Shown: in pieces, positions 16,819-26,134 of the stretch
How positions within the stretch are numbered: the first letter of the stretch is position 1
How the letters are laid out: the number at the start of each line of letters is the position of its first letter
Assembly: GCA_035297265.1 (NCBI GenBank)
Contig: DATGZH010000007.1
Location: 8,085-72,084, forward strand
Origin: Acidimicrobiales bacterium
GTDB lineage: Bacteria > Actinomycetota > Acidimicrobiia > Acidimicrobiales > RAAP-2
Reading direction: 5' to 3'
Length of the DNA: 64,000 nucleotides
Made by a program: the position numbers and the translations under genes
Notes under the pieces: generated by a model
Databases searched by the model: none
Seen by the model: only the letters and a program-made list of their open reading frames with translations
Told to the model about the DNA's origin: nothing

Positions 16819-17712
16819 ATGGAGCCGACGCGGCTGTCGGAGGCCCGGGCGGCCTGGGAGCGACACGGTTGGTGCCTGCTCGAGGCGTGCCTCCCGGCAG
16901 AGGACCTGGCCGGGGTGCCGGCCGCCCTCGGCCACCTCTTCCCGACGGCCGCCGAGATGGAGGAGGGCGAGACGGACCAGACCCGGCGCTGGCGCGACTG
17001 GGACGCCGCCTGGCCCGAGTTCCCCTTCCGCAGCGCCACCCTGAACCGGCTGGCCCTCCACGACGCGGTCCTCGACCTGGCCGAGACGCTCCTCGGCGAC
17101 GACGTCCGGCTCTACCTCGCCCTCGTCACGGCCAAGTTCGCCGGGCAGTCCTCGGGCTACAACCGGCTGCTCCACGCCGACTACCCCAACCACATGCTCG
17201 TCGTGCCCCGGGCCGAGCGCGGCTACCAGCAGCTCGAGCTCCTGATCTACCTGTGCGACGTCTCCGAGGCGAACGGGGCGACCCACTTCCTGTCGGTCGA
17301 GGCGACTGCCGAGGTCCCCGTCGAGCGCCACACGCTCGACGTCGCCGAGTACGCCCAGTGCTACGAGGACGACGTCGCCGCCTGCGGGCCGTCCGGCTCG
17401 ATCGCGGCCTACCGGCCCGACGTCTACCACCGCTCCGTCGACCCCGACACCAAGGGCTTCTCGCGATTCCTGCTCCACGTCTCGTTCCGGCCGGCCGCCG
17501 CCGAGTGGGGCGGCTACCAGGCCTGGCCCTTCAAGGGCTTCTCGCCCGAATGGCACCGCTTCGTGGCCGGCGCCGGGCCGCGCCAGCTCGGCGTCCTCGG
17601 GTTCCCCCGGCCGGGCCACCCCTACTGGACCGAGGAGACACTGGCCGGCGTCGGTGCCCGTTACCCGGGCCTCGACCTCTCCCCCTGGCGCGAGGCGGCA
17701 GCGCGGTCGTGA
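16819..17712 (+). CDS. phytanoyl-CoA dioxygenase (PhyH) family Fe(II)/2-oxoglutarate oxygenase
   Basis: 297 aa with an HxD motif in LLHADYPNH, a later GATHF, and a distal His in DVYHRS. Its stop overlaps the next gene's start (GTGA). Confidence 0.7.
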   Translation: MEPTRLSEARAAWERHGWCLLEACLPAEDLAGVPAALGHLFPTAAEMEEGETDQTRRWRDWDAAWPEFPFRSATLNRLALHDAVLDLAETLLGDDVRLYLALVTAKFAGQSSGYNRLLHADYPNHMLVVPRAERGYQQLELLIYLCDVSEANGATHFLSVEATAEVPVERHTLDVAEYAQCYEDDVAACGPSGSIAAYRPDVYHRSVDPDTKGFSRFLLHVSFRPAAAEWGGYQAWPFKGFSPEWHRFVAGAGPRQLGVLGFPRPGHPYWTEETLAGVGARYPGLDLSPWREAAARS

Positions 17713-19334
17713 GCACCTACCAGTTCGCCGAGGTCTGGGAGACCGTGGCCGGGCGGCTGCCCTCCGCCCCCGCCCTGCTCCACGGCGACGAGACCGTCGA
17801 CTGGGCCACGTTCGACCGCCGGGCCGACTCCCTCGCCGCCTGGCTGCTCGAGCACGGCGCCACGCAGGACGGGACGTTCGCCCAGTACCTCTACTCGTCG
17901 CCGGCCTACCTCGAGTGCGTCTACGCCTGCTGGAAGCTCGGCATCGCCCCGGTCAACACCAACTACCGCTACGGCGCCGAGGAGCTCGTCTACCTCTGGG
18001 ACAACGCCGACACCACCACCGTGGCCTTCCACGGGGTCTTCGCCGACACGGTCGAGCCGATCGTCGGGCGACTGCCCGGAGTCGGGCGGTGGCTCTGGGT
18101 GGACGACGGCACAGGGCCCTGCCCCGACTGGGCCAGCCCGTTCGGCGAGGCCACGGGGGCCTCGCCCGCTCGGGTGGTGCCGCCGTGGGGCCGCTCGCCC
18201 GACGACCTGTTCCTGATCTACACGGGCGGCACGACCGGCCTGCCGAAGGGCGTGATGTGGCGGCAGGACGATCTCTTCGGCGCGGTCAACCGCTCGGCGC
18301 CGGTCCGCTACCCCGACGACGGGAGTCCGGCCGACGTGGCCCCGCTCCTCTTGCGGCCCGGACCGTCGCTCGTCGCCGCCGCCCCCCTCATGCACGGCAC
18401 CGGGCTCTTCAGCTCGTTCGGGACGCTGTCGAGCGGGGGCGCGGTCATCACCTTGCCCGAGCGCCGCTTCTCGGCCGAGTCCCTCCTCGACGCGGTGGTG
18501 CGCCACCGAGCCAAGGGGATCGCCCTCGTGGGCGACGCCTTCGCCCGACCCGTGCTCGCCGCCCTCGACGCCGAGCCTGACCGCTGGGACGTGTCGTCGC
18601 TCAGGATCATCATGTCGTCGGGCGTCATGTGGTCGACCGAGGTGAAGGAGGGACTGCTCCGCCACAACCCCGAGCTCATCCTCGTGGACAGCCTCGGCTC
18701 CTCGGAGGGTCTCGGGACCGCCCGGGCCGTCTCAGGGAACTCGCCCGAAGCGACGAAGGGGCCCACCGGTCGCTTCGCCTTCGGCCCCTACACGCAGGTG
18801 TTCACCGAGGACGGCCAACGGGTCGAGCCGGGCTCGGGGGAACGGGGACTCCTCGCCCAGCGCGGCCGCATCCCGCTCGGTTACTACAAGGACCCCGAGA
18901 AATCGGCCCGCACCTTCCCGGTCATCGACGGCGAGCGCTGGTCGGTGCCGGGCGACTACGCCACGGTGGAGGCCGACGGCACGATCGTGCTGCTCGGCCG
19001 GGGCTCGGCCTGCATCAACACGGGCGGCGAGAAGGTCTTCCCCGAGGAGGTCGAGGAAGCGCTGAAGACGCATCCCGACGTGGACGACGCCGTCTGCGTC
19101 GGCCTGCCCGACGAGCGCTTCGGCGAGCGGGTCGTGGCCGTCGTGGCCCCGGTGACCGGGGCCCATCCCGACCCCGGGGAGCTCATCGACCACGTGAAGG
19201 GGCGGCTCGCCCACTACAAGGCGCCCCGGCAGGTCCTCCTCGTCCCGGCCCTGGGCCGGGCGGCCAACGGCAAGGCCGATTACCGGACGCTGAAGGACCT
19301 TGCGCAGCGCGAGCTCGGCCCGCCGGCCAGCTGA
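17709..19334 (+). CDS. acyl-CoA synthetase / AMP-dependent ligase
   Basis: It has the AMP-binding motif IYTGGTTGLPKGV and GGEKVFPEEVE, with a C-terminal KAPRQV...ANGKADYR. GTG 17709 overlaps the PhyH stop. Confidence 0.85.
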   Translation: MSTYQFAEVWETVAGRLPSAPALLHGDETVDWATFDRRADSLAAWLLEHGATQDGTFAQYLYSSPAYLECVYACWKLGIAPVNTNYRYGAEELVYLWDNADTTTVAFHGVFADTVEPIVGRLPGVGRWLWVDDGTGPCPDWASPFGEATGASPARVVPPWGRSPDDLFLIYTGGTTGLPKGVMWRQDDLFGAVNRSAPVRYPDDGSPADVAPLLLRPGPSLVAAAPLMHGTGLFSSFGTLSSGGAVITLPERRFSAESLLDAVVRHRAKGIALVGDAFARPVLAALDAEPDRWDVSSLRIIMSSGVMWSTEVKEGLLRHNPELILVDSLGSSEGLGTARAVSGNSPEATKGPTGRFAFGPYTQVFTEDGQRVEPGSGERGLLAQRGRIPLGYYKDPEKSARTFPVIDGERWSVPGDYATVEADGTIVLLGRGSACINTGGEKVFPEEVEEALKTHPDVDDAVCVGLPDERFGERVVAVVAPVTGAHPDPGELIDHVKGRLAHYKAPRQVLLVPALGRAANGKADYRTLKDLAQRELGPPAS

Positions 19335-19343
19335 CGAGACGGG

Positions 19344-20165
19344 TCAGGCCCGGCCCATCATCGCCTTCACGAAGGGCGCCTCGAAGGCGTCGGTGAAGCC
19401 GGCACTCACGTAGCCGGCGTCGATCACGAAGCTGACGCCGTTCACGTGGCTGGCTGCCGCGCTGCAGAGGAACACGAGCGGGTAGGCCTGCTCCTCGGGC
19501 GTCGACGGCGGCAACCCGAGCGACTCCCGGTAGTCCTGGCCGAAGGCCAGCCAGAGGTCGGCGTTGGCCCGGGCGAGCGGCGTGTCGGTCGGGCCGGGCA
19601 TCGTGGCGTTGATCCGCACGCCCTTCTGCAAGAAGGGATAGGCCTGCCGGGCCACGTAGGCGCAGATCACCTGCTTCGTGAAGAGGTAGTTGGCCCGCTC
19701 GGGGTGGGCCTCCATCCACTTGGCGGCGGACTCGAAGTCCGGCGTCTCCAGAAACTCGGCGATGAGCGGGAGCTGGTCCTCCCACCCGAGCCCGGCCCCC
19801 GAGGAGATCATGGCCACGGCTGACCCCGGCGGCAGCATGTCCTCGTCGAAGAACCGTTCGATCAGATGGCGGGCCCCGATGAAGTTCACCTTCTCGATCC
19901 CCGGCGTCCCGTCGGCCACCCCGGCGCACGACAGGAGGGCGTGCACCGGGCCGCCGCACTCGTCGATCGCCGCGTCGATGGCGTCCATGTCCCGCAGGTC
20001 CACCTGGATGACCTTGGCTCCGGGCAGGTCGACCGGGGCGTAGTCCATGACGACGACGTCGGCGCCGAGGTCTTTGATGAGCTTGGCGCAGGCCGCCCCC
20101 ATGCCGGTGGCGCCGCCCACCACGAGCGCCCGCTTCCCGTCGAACTTGAACGCCTCGATGCCCAT
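19344..20165 (-). CDS. SDR family oxidoreductase (3-alpha-hydroxysteroid / coniferyl-alcohol dehydrogenase-like)
   Basis: It has the Rossmann motif VVGGATGMG and YxxxK as YLFTKQ. ATG 20165 is preceded by GGGAGG. The track start at 20249 is over-extended. Confidence 0.8.
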   Translation of the reverse strand: MGIEAFKFDGKRALVVGGATGMGAACAKLIKDLGADVVVMDYAPVDLPGAKVIQVDLRDMDAIDAAIDECGGPVHALLSCAGVADGTPGIEKVNFIGARHLIERFFDEDMLPPGSAVAMISSGAGLGWEDQLPLIAEFLETPDFESAAKWMEAHPERANYLFTKQVICAYVARQAYPFLQKGVRINATMPGPTDTPLARANADLWLAFGQDYRESLGLPPSTPEEQAYPLVFLCSAAASHVNGVSFVIDAGYVSAGFTDAFEAPFVKAMMGRA

Positions 20166-20272
20166 GGGGAACCTCCCGGTTTGGCTCGACCGCCGGCCAC
20201 GCCGTCGTGTCGGTGGAGGGATGGTGCCGCCCACAGGACACGGCGTCAACTCACGCTTGTGGGTCCGAAACG

Positions 20273-20278
20273 TATAGT
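20273..20278 (+). promoter_or_regulatory. candidate -10 hexamer (TATAGT) for a leaderless TetR mRNA
   Basis: TATAGT lies exactly 6 nt upstream of ATG 20285, and there is no Shine-Dalgarno sequence. Confidence 0.4.
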
Positions 20279-20284
20279 CGGCGC

Positions 20285-20935
20285 ATGGCCGGAGCCGCCG
20301 AGGAGCGACCCCCGCTCTCCCGACCGGGCCGCCCCCGCCTCTACGAACCCGTCGCCGAGCGCCAACTCCTCATGGACGCCGCCGTCGAGGTGCTCCGCCG
20401 CAACGAGGGCAGCGAGGCCACCGTGGCCGACATCCTGAACGAGGCGGGGCTCTCCACCCGGGCCTTCTACCGCCACTTCGAGGGCAAAGAGGACGTCGTC
20501 CGGGCGATCTTCGAGCGCGACGCCGAGTCCTTCGGCTTGCAGCTCCGCCGCCACGTCGAGCAGGCCAACGACCCGGCCGCCGGTGTCGTCGCCTGGATCG
20601 ACGAAATGCTCTCCTTGGCCTACGACCGTCGCCGCCGGGCCCGGATGGCCGCCTTCAGCTCACGGATGGTGATGACCATCGTGGCCGGCACCGGCGTCCA
20701 GTCGCTCGGCCAGACGCTCCTCGTCGAACCCCTCCACGACGTGCTCGTCCGGGGCCACGAGTCGGGCGCCTTCGCGCTCGTCGAGCCCGACGCCGACGTC
20801 TGGATGATCAACGCCCTCACCTGGGAGGCCATCGGAGCGGTGCAGAGCGGCCGGTCGGTCTCGACGCGCCACGAGGCCCTCGACCAGGTGCTGCGCTTCG
20901 TCCTCCCGGCCCTCGGCGCCGCACCGGCCGGGTGA
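20285..20935 (+). CDS. TetR family transcriptional regulator
   Basis: The HTH is TVADILNEAGLSTRAFYRHF. It is divergent from the SDR and upstream of the Ltp operon. Confidence 0.8.
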   Translation: MAGAAEERPPLSRPGRPRLYEPVAERQLLMDAAVEVLRRNEGSEATVADILNEAGLSTRAFYRHFEGKEDVVRAIFERDAESFGLQLRRHVEQANDPAAGVVAWIDEMLSLAYDRRRRARMAAFSSRMVMTIVAGTGVQSLGQTLLVEPLHDVLVRGHESGAFALVEPDADVWMINALTWEAIGAVQSGRSVSTRHEALDQVLRFVLPALGAAPAG

Positions 20936-20953
20936 GCGGCCCGGTCGGGCGAG

Positions 20954-20974
20954 ATCGAAAACTCTGCTTTCGAT
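20954..20974. promoter_or_regulatory. inverted repeat ATCGAAA-N7-TTTCGAT (candidate operator or hairpin)
   Basis: A perfect 7-bp-arm palindrome sits between the TetR stop and the Ltp start, in an AT-enriched patch. Confidence 0.3.
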
Positions 20975-21014
20975 TGGGCTACCCTGACGCCGACCGAGGC
21001 CCGAGGAGGCTCGT

Positions 21015-22229
21015 GTGACGATGCGGGACGAAGCGGCGGTGGTGGGCATCGGGGCCACGCCCTACTGGAAGCGCGGCCAGTCGGTGCCCGAGACCCCGCT
21101 GTCGATGGCCTGTACGGCCATCCTGGCCGCGCTCGACGACGCCGGCCTCACGGTGCGCGACCTCGACGGCTTCGCCATCTACTCCCACGCCGTCGACCCG
21201 GCCCAGGTGGCCTCGGTGCTCGGCGTCCCCGAGGTGCGCTTCGCTTCCTCGCTGACGTCGGGCGGCGGGGGCTCGGCCGGCTCGCTCGGGCTGGCCGCGG
21301 CGGCCATCCACGGCGGGATGGCCGAGGTCTGCGTCACGCTCATGACGCTCCAACAGGCGGCCCGGCGGCTCGGTGGGAGCTCAGTCGGCGGGCAGAGCAT
21401 GTACGCCGGCGGTGGCGGTGGCGCCAACCCCTACGGCGCCGGCGGGTTGCCGCCGTCCGCCGCCTTCTTCGTGTCGAGCGGCATGGTCTCGCCGGGCCAC
21501 AGCTTCTCCATCCTCACCCGGCGGCATATGCACCTCTACGGGACGAAGCGTGAGCACATGGCCGAAGTGGCCATCAGCCAGCGCAACTACGCCATGACCC
21601 GCCCGACGGCCCTCCACCGGGCGCCCCTCACCCTCGACGCCTACTTCGACGCCCGGATCATCAGCGAGCCGATGTGCCTCTTCGACTACACGGTCGAGAG
21701 CGACGGCGCGGTGGCCGCCGTCATCACCTCGGCCGAACGGGCCCGCGACCTGCGCCAACCGCCCGTCTACATCATGGGCTCGGCGCACGGCGGCATGGGC
21801 CGGTGGGGCACCGCCATCTTCGGCTACTTCCAGCAGCCGGACGAGTACTTCGCCTCCTCGGGTCACCGCCCGGTGGCCCAGCGCATGTACGAGATGGCTG
21901 GCGTCACCCCCGACGACGTCGACGTGGCCCTCCTCTACGACCACTTCTCCCCGATGGTGCTCATGCAGCTCGAGGACTACGGGTTCTGCGGGATCGGCGA
22001 GAGCGGTCCCTTCGTGGCCGAGGGGAACCTCCGCATCGGCGGCCGCATGCCGACGAACACGCACGGGGGCCACCTCTCCGAGGCCTACATCATCGGCATG
22101 ACCCACGTGCGCGAGGCCGTCGAGCAGCTACGGGGGGTGGCGGTCAACCAGGTGCCGAACGCCGAGATCGCCCTCGTGACCGGGGGGCCGGCCTCGCTCC
22201 CGGTCAGCGGGACGCTGTTACGGAGGTAA
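21015..22229 (+). CDS. thiolase-like lipid-transfer protein (Ltp / SCP-x thiolase-fold)
   Basis: 404 aa with a thiolase-fold N-terminus (AVVGIGATPYWKRG) and a C-terminal NTHGGHLSEAYIIGMTH. No Cys is seen where the thiolase nucleophile motif CxSG is expected (SGGGGSAGS instead). The RBS is GAGGAGG. Confidence 0.85.
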   Translation: MTMRDEAAVVGIGATPYWKRGQSVPETPLSMACTAILAALDDAGLTVRDLDGFAIYSHAVDPAQVASVLGVPEVRFASSLTSGGGGSAGSLGLAAAAIHGGMAEVCVTLMTLQQAARRLGGSSVGGQSMYAGGGGGANPYGAGGLPPSAAFFVSSGMVSPGHSFSILTRRHMHLYGTKREHMAEVAISQRNYAMTRPTALHRAPLTLDAYFDARIISEPMCLFDYTVESDGAVAAVITSAERARDLRQPPVYIMGSAHGGMGRWGTAIFGYFQQPDEYFASSGHRPVAQRMYEMAGVTPDDVDVALLYDHFSPMVLMQLEDYGFCGIGESGPFVAEGNLRIGGRMPTNTHGGHLSEAYIIGMTHVREAVEQLRGVAVNQVPNAEIALVTGGPASLPVSGTLLRR

Positions 22230-22234
22230 GGACG

Positions 22235-22675
22235 ATGGCGCTGCAACGAGGGGTCTACCCGACGGGCCTGCGGGACCCTTTCGCCGACGAGGCCACCCAG
22301 CCGTTCTGGGACGCCGCGCTCGAGGGGCGGCTGGTCGGCAGCCGCTGCACCACCTGCGGCACGATCATCCTGCCGCCCCAGCCCCGTTGCTTCTCCTGCC
22401 AGGGCACCGAGTTCGCCTGGGTGGACCTCCCCGGCACCGGCACCATCTACTCGTTCACCGTGGTGCGCCATCCGCTCGACCCGGCCCTGGCCGAGGTGGT
22501 GCCGTACGTGTCGGCCGTCATCGAGCTCGACGGCACCCAGGGGCCGGGTGCCCGCTTGAGCGTGAACGTCATCGACTGCGACCCGGAGCAGGTGGACGTC
22601 GGCGACCCGGTGGAGGTGGTCTTCGACAAGGTGAGCGACACGCTCGCGGTGCCCCGGTGCCGGCCGCGGCCGTGA
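22235..22675 (+). CDS. DUF35 OB-fold / zinc-ribbon protein
   Basis: 146 aa with a 4-Cys ribbon CTTCGTIILPPQPRCFSC followed by an OB-fold-like tail. It sits directly after the Ltp gene. Confidence 0.8.
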   Translation: MALQRGVYPTGLRDPFADEATQPFWDAALEGRLVGSRCTTCGTIILPPQPRCFSCQGTEFAWVDLPGTGTIYSFTVVRHPLDPALAEVVPYVSAVIELDGTQGPGARLSVNVIDCDPEQVDVGDPVEVVFDKVSDTLAVPRCRPRP

Positions 22676-25083
22676 CATCGGCGCTCGACGGCCTCTCGGT
22701 CGTCGACCTCTCGAACACGCTCACCGGCACGCAGATGAGCCAGGTGCTCGCCGACTTCGGGGCCGAGGTCGTCCACGTCGAGCCGCCGGGGGGCAGCAGC
22801 CTCCGCCAACAGCCGGCCTGGCCGTTCTGGGCCCGGGGCAAGCAGAGCGTCGTCCTCGACCTCCACGACGCGGACGACGCCGCCACGGCCCGGCGACTCT
22901 GCTTCGGGGCCGACGTCGTGATCGAGACGTGGCGACCCGGCGTGGCCGAGCGCCTCGGTCTCGGCTACGAGGACCTCGCAGCCGAACACCCCCGCCTCGT
23001 CTACGCCTCGGTGACCGGCTTCGGGCGGGACAACCCGCTTTCCCACGTCAAGGCCTACGAGGCCGTCGTCATGGCCAAGATCGGCGCCCTCGACACGTTC
23101 TCTGTCCTCTCGGACGGCCCCGGGCCGTCGTTCGTGTCCACCCCCTACTGCACGTGGAGCGGGGGCCAGCTGGCCCTCCACGCCGTCCTCGCCGCCCTCA
23201 TCGAGCGGGAGGCGAGCGGCCGGGGTCAGCGGGTCGAGTCGACGATGGTGCAGGGGATCGTGTCCCACGACCCGTGGAACTGGCTCGTCCGGATGGTGAC
23301 GGCCAAGTTCCGGAGCGCCTATACCCCGGCCCCGCCGACCGACCACGACGAGCTGGTGCCGAACGTCCCGCTCTTCTTCCGCCTCATGGTGGGGCTCTCC
23401 GCCGACGGGCGCTGGCTGCAGTTCTCCCAGACGACCGAACGCCTCTGGCAGGCCTACCTCCGAGCGCTCGGACTCGCCTGGACCCTCGAGGACCCGGAGC
23501 TGCACAACGCGCCAGAATCGGAGGACCCGAAGGTCCGGGTGCGCTTCTGGGAGGCCGCCCTCGCCGCCGTCCGCGAGCGCACCTACGACGAGTGGCTGAC
23601 GGTGTTCGACGCCGAGCCCGACGTCTGGGCGGAGCTCTACCGCTCGGGCACCGAGCTCCTGCACCACCCGCAGATGGTCCACGACCACCGGACGGTGACC
23701 GTCGAAGACCGCGAGCTCGGCCCGGTGCTCGAGCCGGCGCCGTTCGTGGCGATGAGCGCGACACCCGGGGTCGCCGACCGGCCCGCCCCCCGCCTCGACG
23801 AGCACGGCGACGCGCTGCGCTCGATCGCGCCGGCAACCGGATCCACCGCGCCCGCCGGCGTCCCGTCGGCCGACCCGCCGCTCGCCGGCGTGACCATCCT
23901 CGAGCTCGGCACCTTCTACGCCGCTCCGTTCGGGGCGACGATCCTGACCGACTACGGGGCGAGGGTGATCAAGGTCGAGGCCAAAGAGGGCGACCCGATG
24001 CGGATGATCATGCCGTTCCCCGAGGTGGGCGGCATCAAGGTGCTCCAGGGCAAGGAGAGCGTGGCGGTCGACATCGCCACCCCCGAGGGCCGGGAGATCG
24101 TCCTCGAGCTGGCCCGCCGGGCCGACGTCGTGCTGCAGACCTTCCGGGCGGGCGTGGCCGAGCGGCACGGCTACCTGGCCGAGGACCTCATGGCCGTGAA
24201 CCCCGAGCTCGTGTACCTCTACGCCCCGGGTTACGGCACCGGCGGCCCCTGCGGCCACCGCCCGGCGTTCGCGCCGACCATGGGGGCGGGTTCGGGGCTC
24301 GGCTACCGCAACGTCGGCGGCCCCGACAACCTCCCCCAGGGCCCGGACCTCTCGGTCCACGACGTCAAGCGCTACTCGATGCGCCTGAGCACGGCGTCGA
24401 TGGGCGTGGCCAACGCCGACGGGTTCTCCGCCCTCGGGGTGGGCACCGCCCTCCTGCTCGGCCTCCTGGCCAAGCGCCGGGGGGCGCCCGGCCAGACGAT
24501 GAGCACCTCGATGCTCTCGACGATGGCCTACGCCCTCTCCGAGGACATGGTGGAGTACGAGGGCCGCGCCCCCATGGCCGTGCCCGACGGGCAGCTGCTC
24601 GGGCTCGGCGCCCGCTACCGCCTCTACGAGACCGCCGAGCGCTGGGTCTTCCTCGCCGCCCCGACCGAGCGGGACTGGCGGGCCCTCGCCGACGCCCTCG
24701 ACCTCGACGACGAGCTCGGCCACGACGACGAGGCCCTAGCGGCCCGTCTCGGCGAGATCTTCGCCACCCGCACGGCGGCCGCGTGGGAGGCCGAGCTCAC
24801 AGGGCGCGACGTGGCATGCGTCGAGGTGGCGAAGGGCCCGCCCGACGAGGTCGTCCTGCTGAGCGGGGGCCTCGGCAAGACGCTCGGCATCGTCACCGAG
24901 CAGACGCACCCGGTCTTCGAGACCTATCCCCGCCTCGCGCCGCTCGCCCGCTTCTCCCGGTCGACGACGCTGGCGGGGCCGGCCCCGCTGTGCGGCCAGC
25001 AGACCGACGCGGTGCTGGCCGAGCTGGGCTACGACGACGAACGGATCGCCGAGCTCCGGGCGACCGGGGTCATCGGTGGCTGA
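22672..25083 (+). CDS. tandem (two-domain) family III CoA-transferase (CaiB/BaiF-type x2)
   Basis: 803 aa containing two successive CaiB-like modules (LSVVDLSNTLTGTQMSQVLADFGAEVVHVE... and VTILELGTFYAAPFGATILTDYGARVIKVE...). GTG 22672 overlaps the DUF35 stop. Confidence 0.85.
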   Translation: MTSALDGLSVVDLSNTLTGTQMSQVLADFGAEVVHVEPPGGSSLRQQPAWPFWARGKQSVVLDLHDADDAATARRLCFGADVVIETWRPGVAERLGLGYEDLAAEHPRLVYASVTGFGRDNPLSHVKAYEAVVMAKIGALDTFSVLSDGPGPSFVSTPYCTWSGGQLALHAVLAALIEREASGRGQRVESTMVQGIVSHDPWNWLVRMVTAKFRSAYTPAPPTDHDELVPNVPLFFRLMVGLSADGRWLQFSQTTERLWQAYLRALGLAWTLEDPELHNAPESEDPKVRVRFWEAALAAVRERTYDEWLTVFDAEPDVWAELYRSGTELLHHPQMVHDHRTVTVEDRELGPVLEPAPFVAMSATPGVADRPAPRLDEHGDALRSIAPATGSTAPAGVPSADPPLAGVTILELGTFYAAPFGATILTDYGARVIKVEAKEGDPMRMIMPFPEVGGIKVLQGKESVAVDIATPEGREIVLELARRADVVLQTFRAGVAERHGYLAEDLMAVNPELVYLYAPGYGTGGPCGHRPAFAPTMGAGSGLGYRNVGGPDNLPQGPDLSVHDVKRYSMRLSTASMGVANADGFSALGVGTALLLGLLAKRRGAPGQTMSTSMLSTMAYALSEDMVEYEGRAPMAVPDGQLLGLGARYRLYETAERWVFLAAPTERDWRALADALDLDDELGHDDEALAARLGEIFATRTAAAWEAELTGRDVACVEVAKGPPDEVVLLSGGLGKTLGIVTEQTHPVFETYPRLAPLARFSRSTTLAGPAPLCGQQTDAVLAELGYDDERIAELRATGVIGG

Positions 25084-26134
25084 CGTGGCCGGCAGCGGAT
25101 CCGACATCGGCGGCGGGTCGCCGCTCCCGCCACCGCCGCGCCGGCCCGTGGCCGGGCCGCCGGCCCGGCGACCCGGCTCCGTCCGCCGCACGAGCGCCAT
25201 CCTCATGACGTGGCCCGGCGGGCTCGGCACCCAGCTGCGCCTCGACGGCCGGGCCCGGGACCTCCTGACCCCGGTCGCCGGCCCGCCGGTCGTGCTGGCC
25301 GACGACGAGGTGTCGGTCGGCGTGGCCCCGGACCGGACGCTCGAGGACATCGTGGCCACGCCGGCCCGCCCCGGCATCGACGGTCTGGTCGGGGCGCGCG
25401 GTGGCGCCCAGCTCCGTGCGGCGCTGGAGGAGGTCGTGCCGACGGAGCGGGCCGGTTCCACCCCGCTCTACCTGCTGCTCGACGACCTGGCGGGCGCCTC
25501 GCTCATCGCCGGCTTCGCCTGGACCCGGGTGGTCGACGTCTTCCGACGGCCCCCCGGCGAGCGGCCGCAGCCGCCCCGCCAGCAGATGATGGGCATCTGT
25601 GCCGGGTTCCGTCCGGGGTCCTCCACGCTGGCCGCGGACGGCTCGATCAGCCGGGAGATGCGGCACAACGTGGCCCCGGCACCGCCGCTCGCCGATGCCG
25701 CCGATCCCTGGAGCTTCCATGAGCTCGCTCCGCACCCGGCGGTGGCCATGCGCCGGGCCCGGCGGATCGACGCCTGGCTCGACGGCGACGCGGTCGTGGT
25801 CGACGCCATGTTCCGCGATTCGTGCTGGGAGGCCGACGGGACCGAGGTGGCCGTGCACGAGTACGGCCTCGACGTCGTGATCGAGGACGGCGTCGTCTCC
25901 TCGGTGCGGGCCGAGCCGCGGGTGCTCCCGTTCGCCGAGTGCCCGGCCGCCGCGCCCAACGCCCCGTGGATGGTCGGCGCCAGGGCGGACGAGCTCCGCG
26001 ACGAGGTCCTGGTGCGGCTGCGCTCGACGGACTGCTGCACGCACCTGAACGACGCCCTTCGGGCGCTCGCCGAAGTCCCCCACCTGTCAGCGGCCCTCGG
26101 GTCGGCCGCGGCGCGGCGCTCACCTCTCGGCTGA
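25076..26134 (+). CDS. DUF2889-like protein of unknown function
   Basis: 352 aa overlapping the upstream gene by 8 nt. The C-terminal motif STDCCTHLNDALRAL resembles the conserved GCTHL region I associate with DUF2889. The N-terminal ~40 aa are Pro/Gly-rich and low complexity. Confidence 0.5.
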   Translation: MADVAGSGSDIGGGSPLPPPPRRPVAGPPARRPGSVRRTSAILMTWPGGLGTQLRLDGRARDLLTPVAGPPVVLADDEVSVGVAPDRTLEDIVATPARPGIDGLVGARGGAQLRAALEEVVPTERAGSTPLYLLLDDLAGASLIAGFAWTRVVDVFRRPPGERPQPPRQQMMGICAGFRPGSSTLAADGSISREMRHNVAPAPPLADAADPWSFHELAPHPAVAMRRARRIDAWLDGDAVVVDAMFRDSCWEADGTEVAVHEYGLDVVIEDGVVSSVRAEPRVLPFAECPAAAPNAPWMVGARADELRDEVLVRLRSTDCCTHLNDALRALAEVPHLSAALGSAAARRSPLG

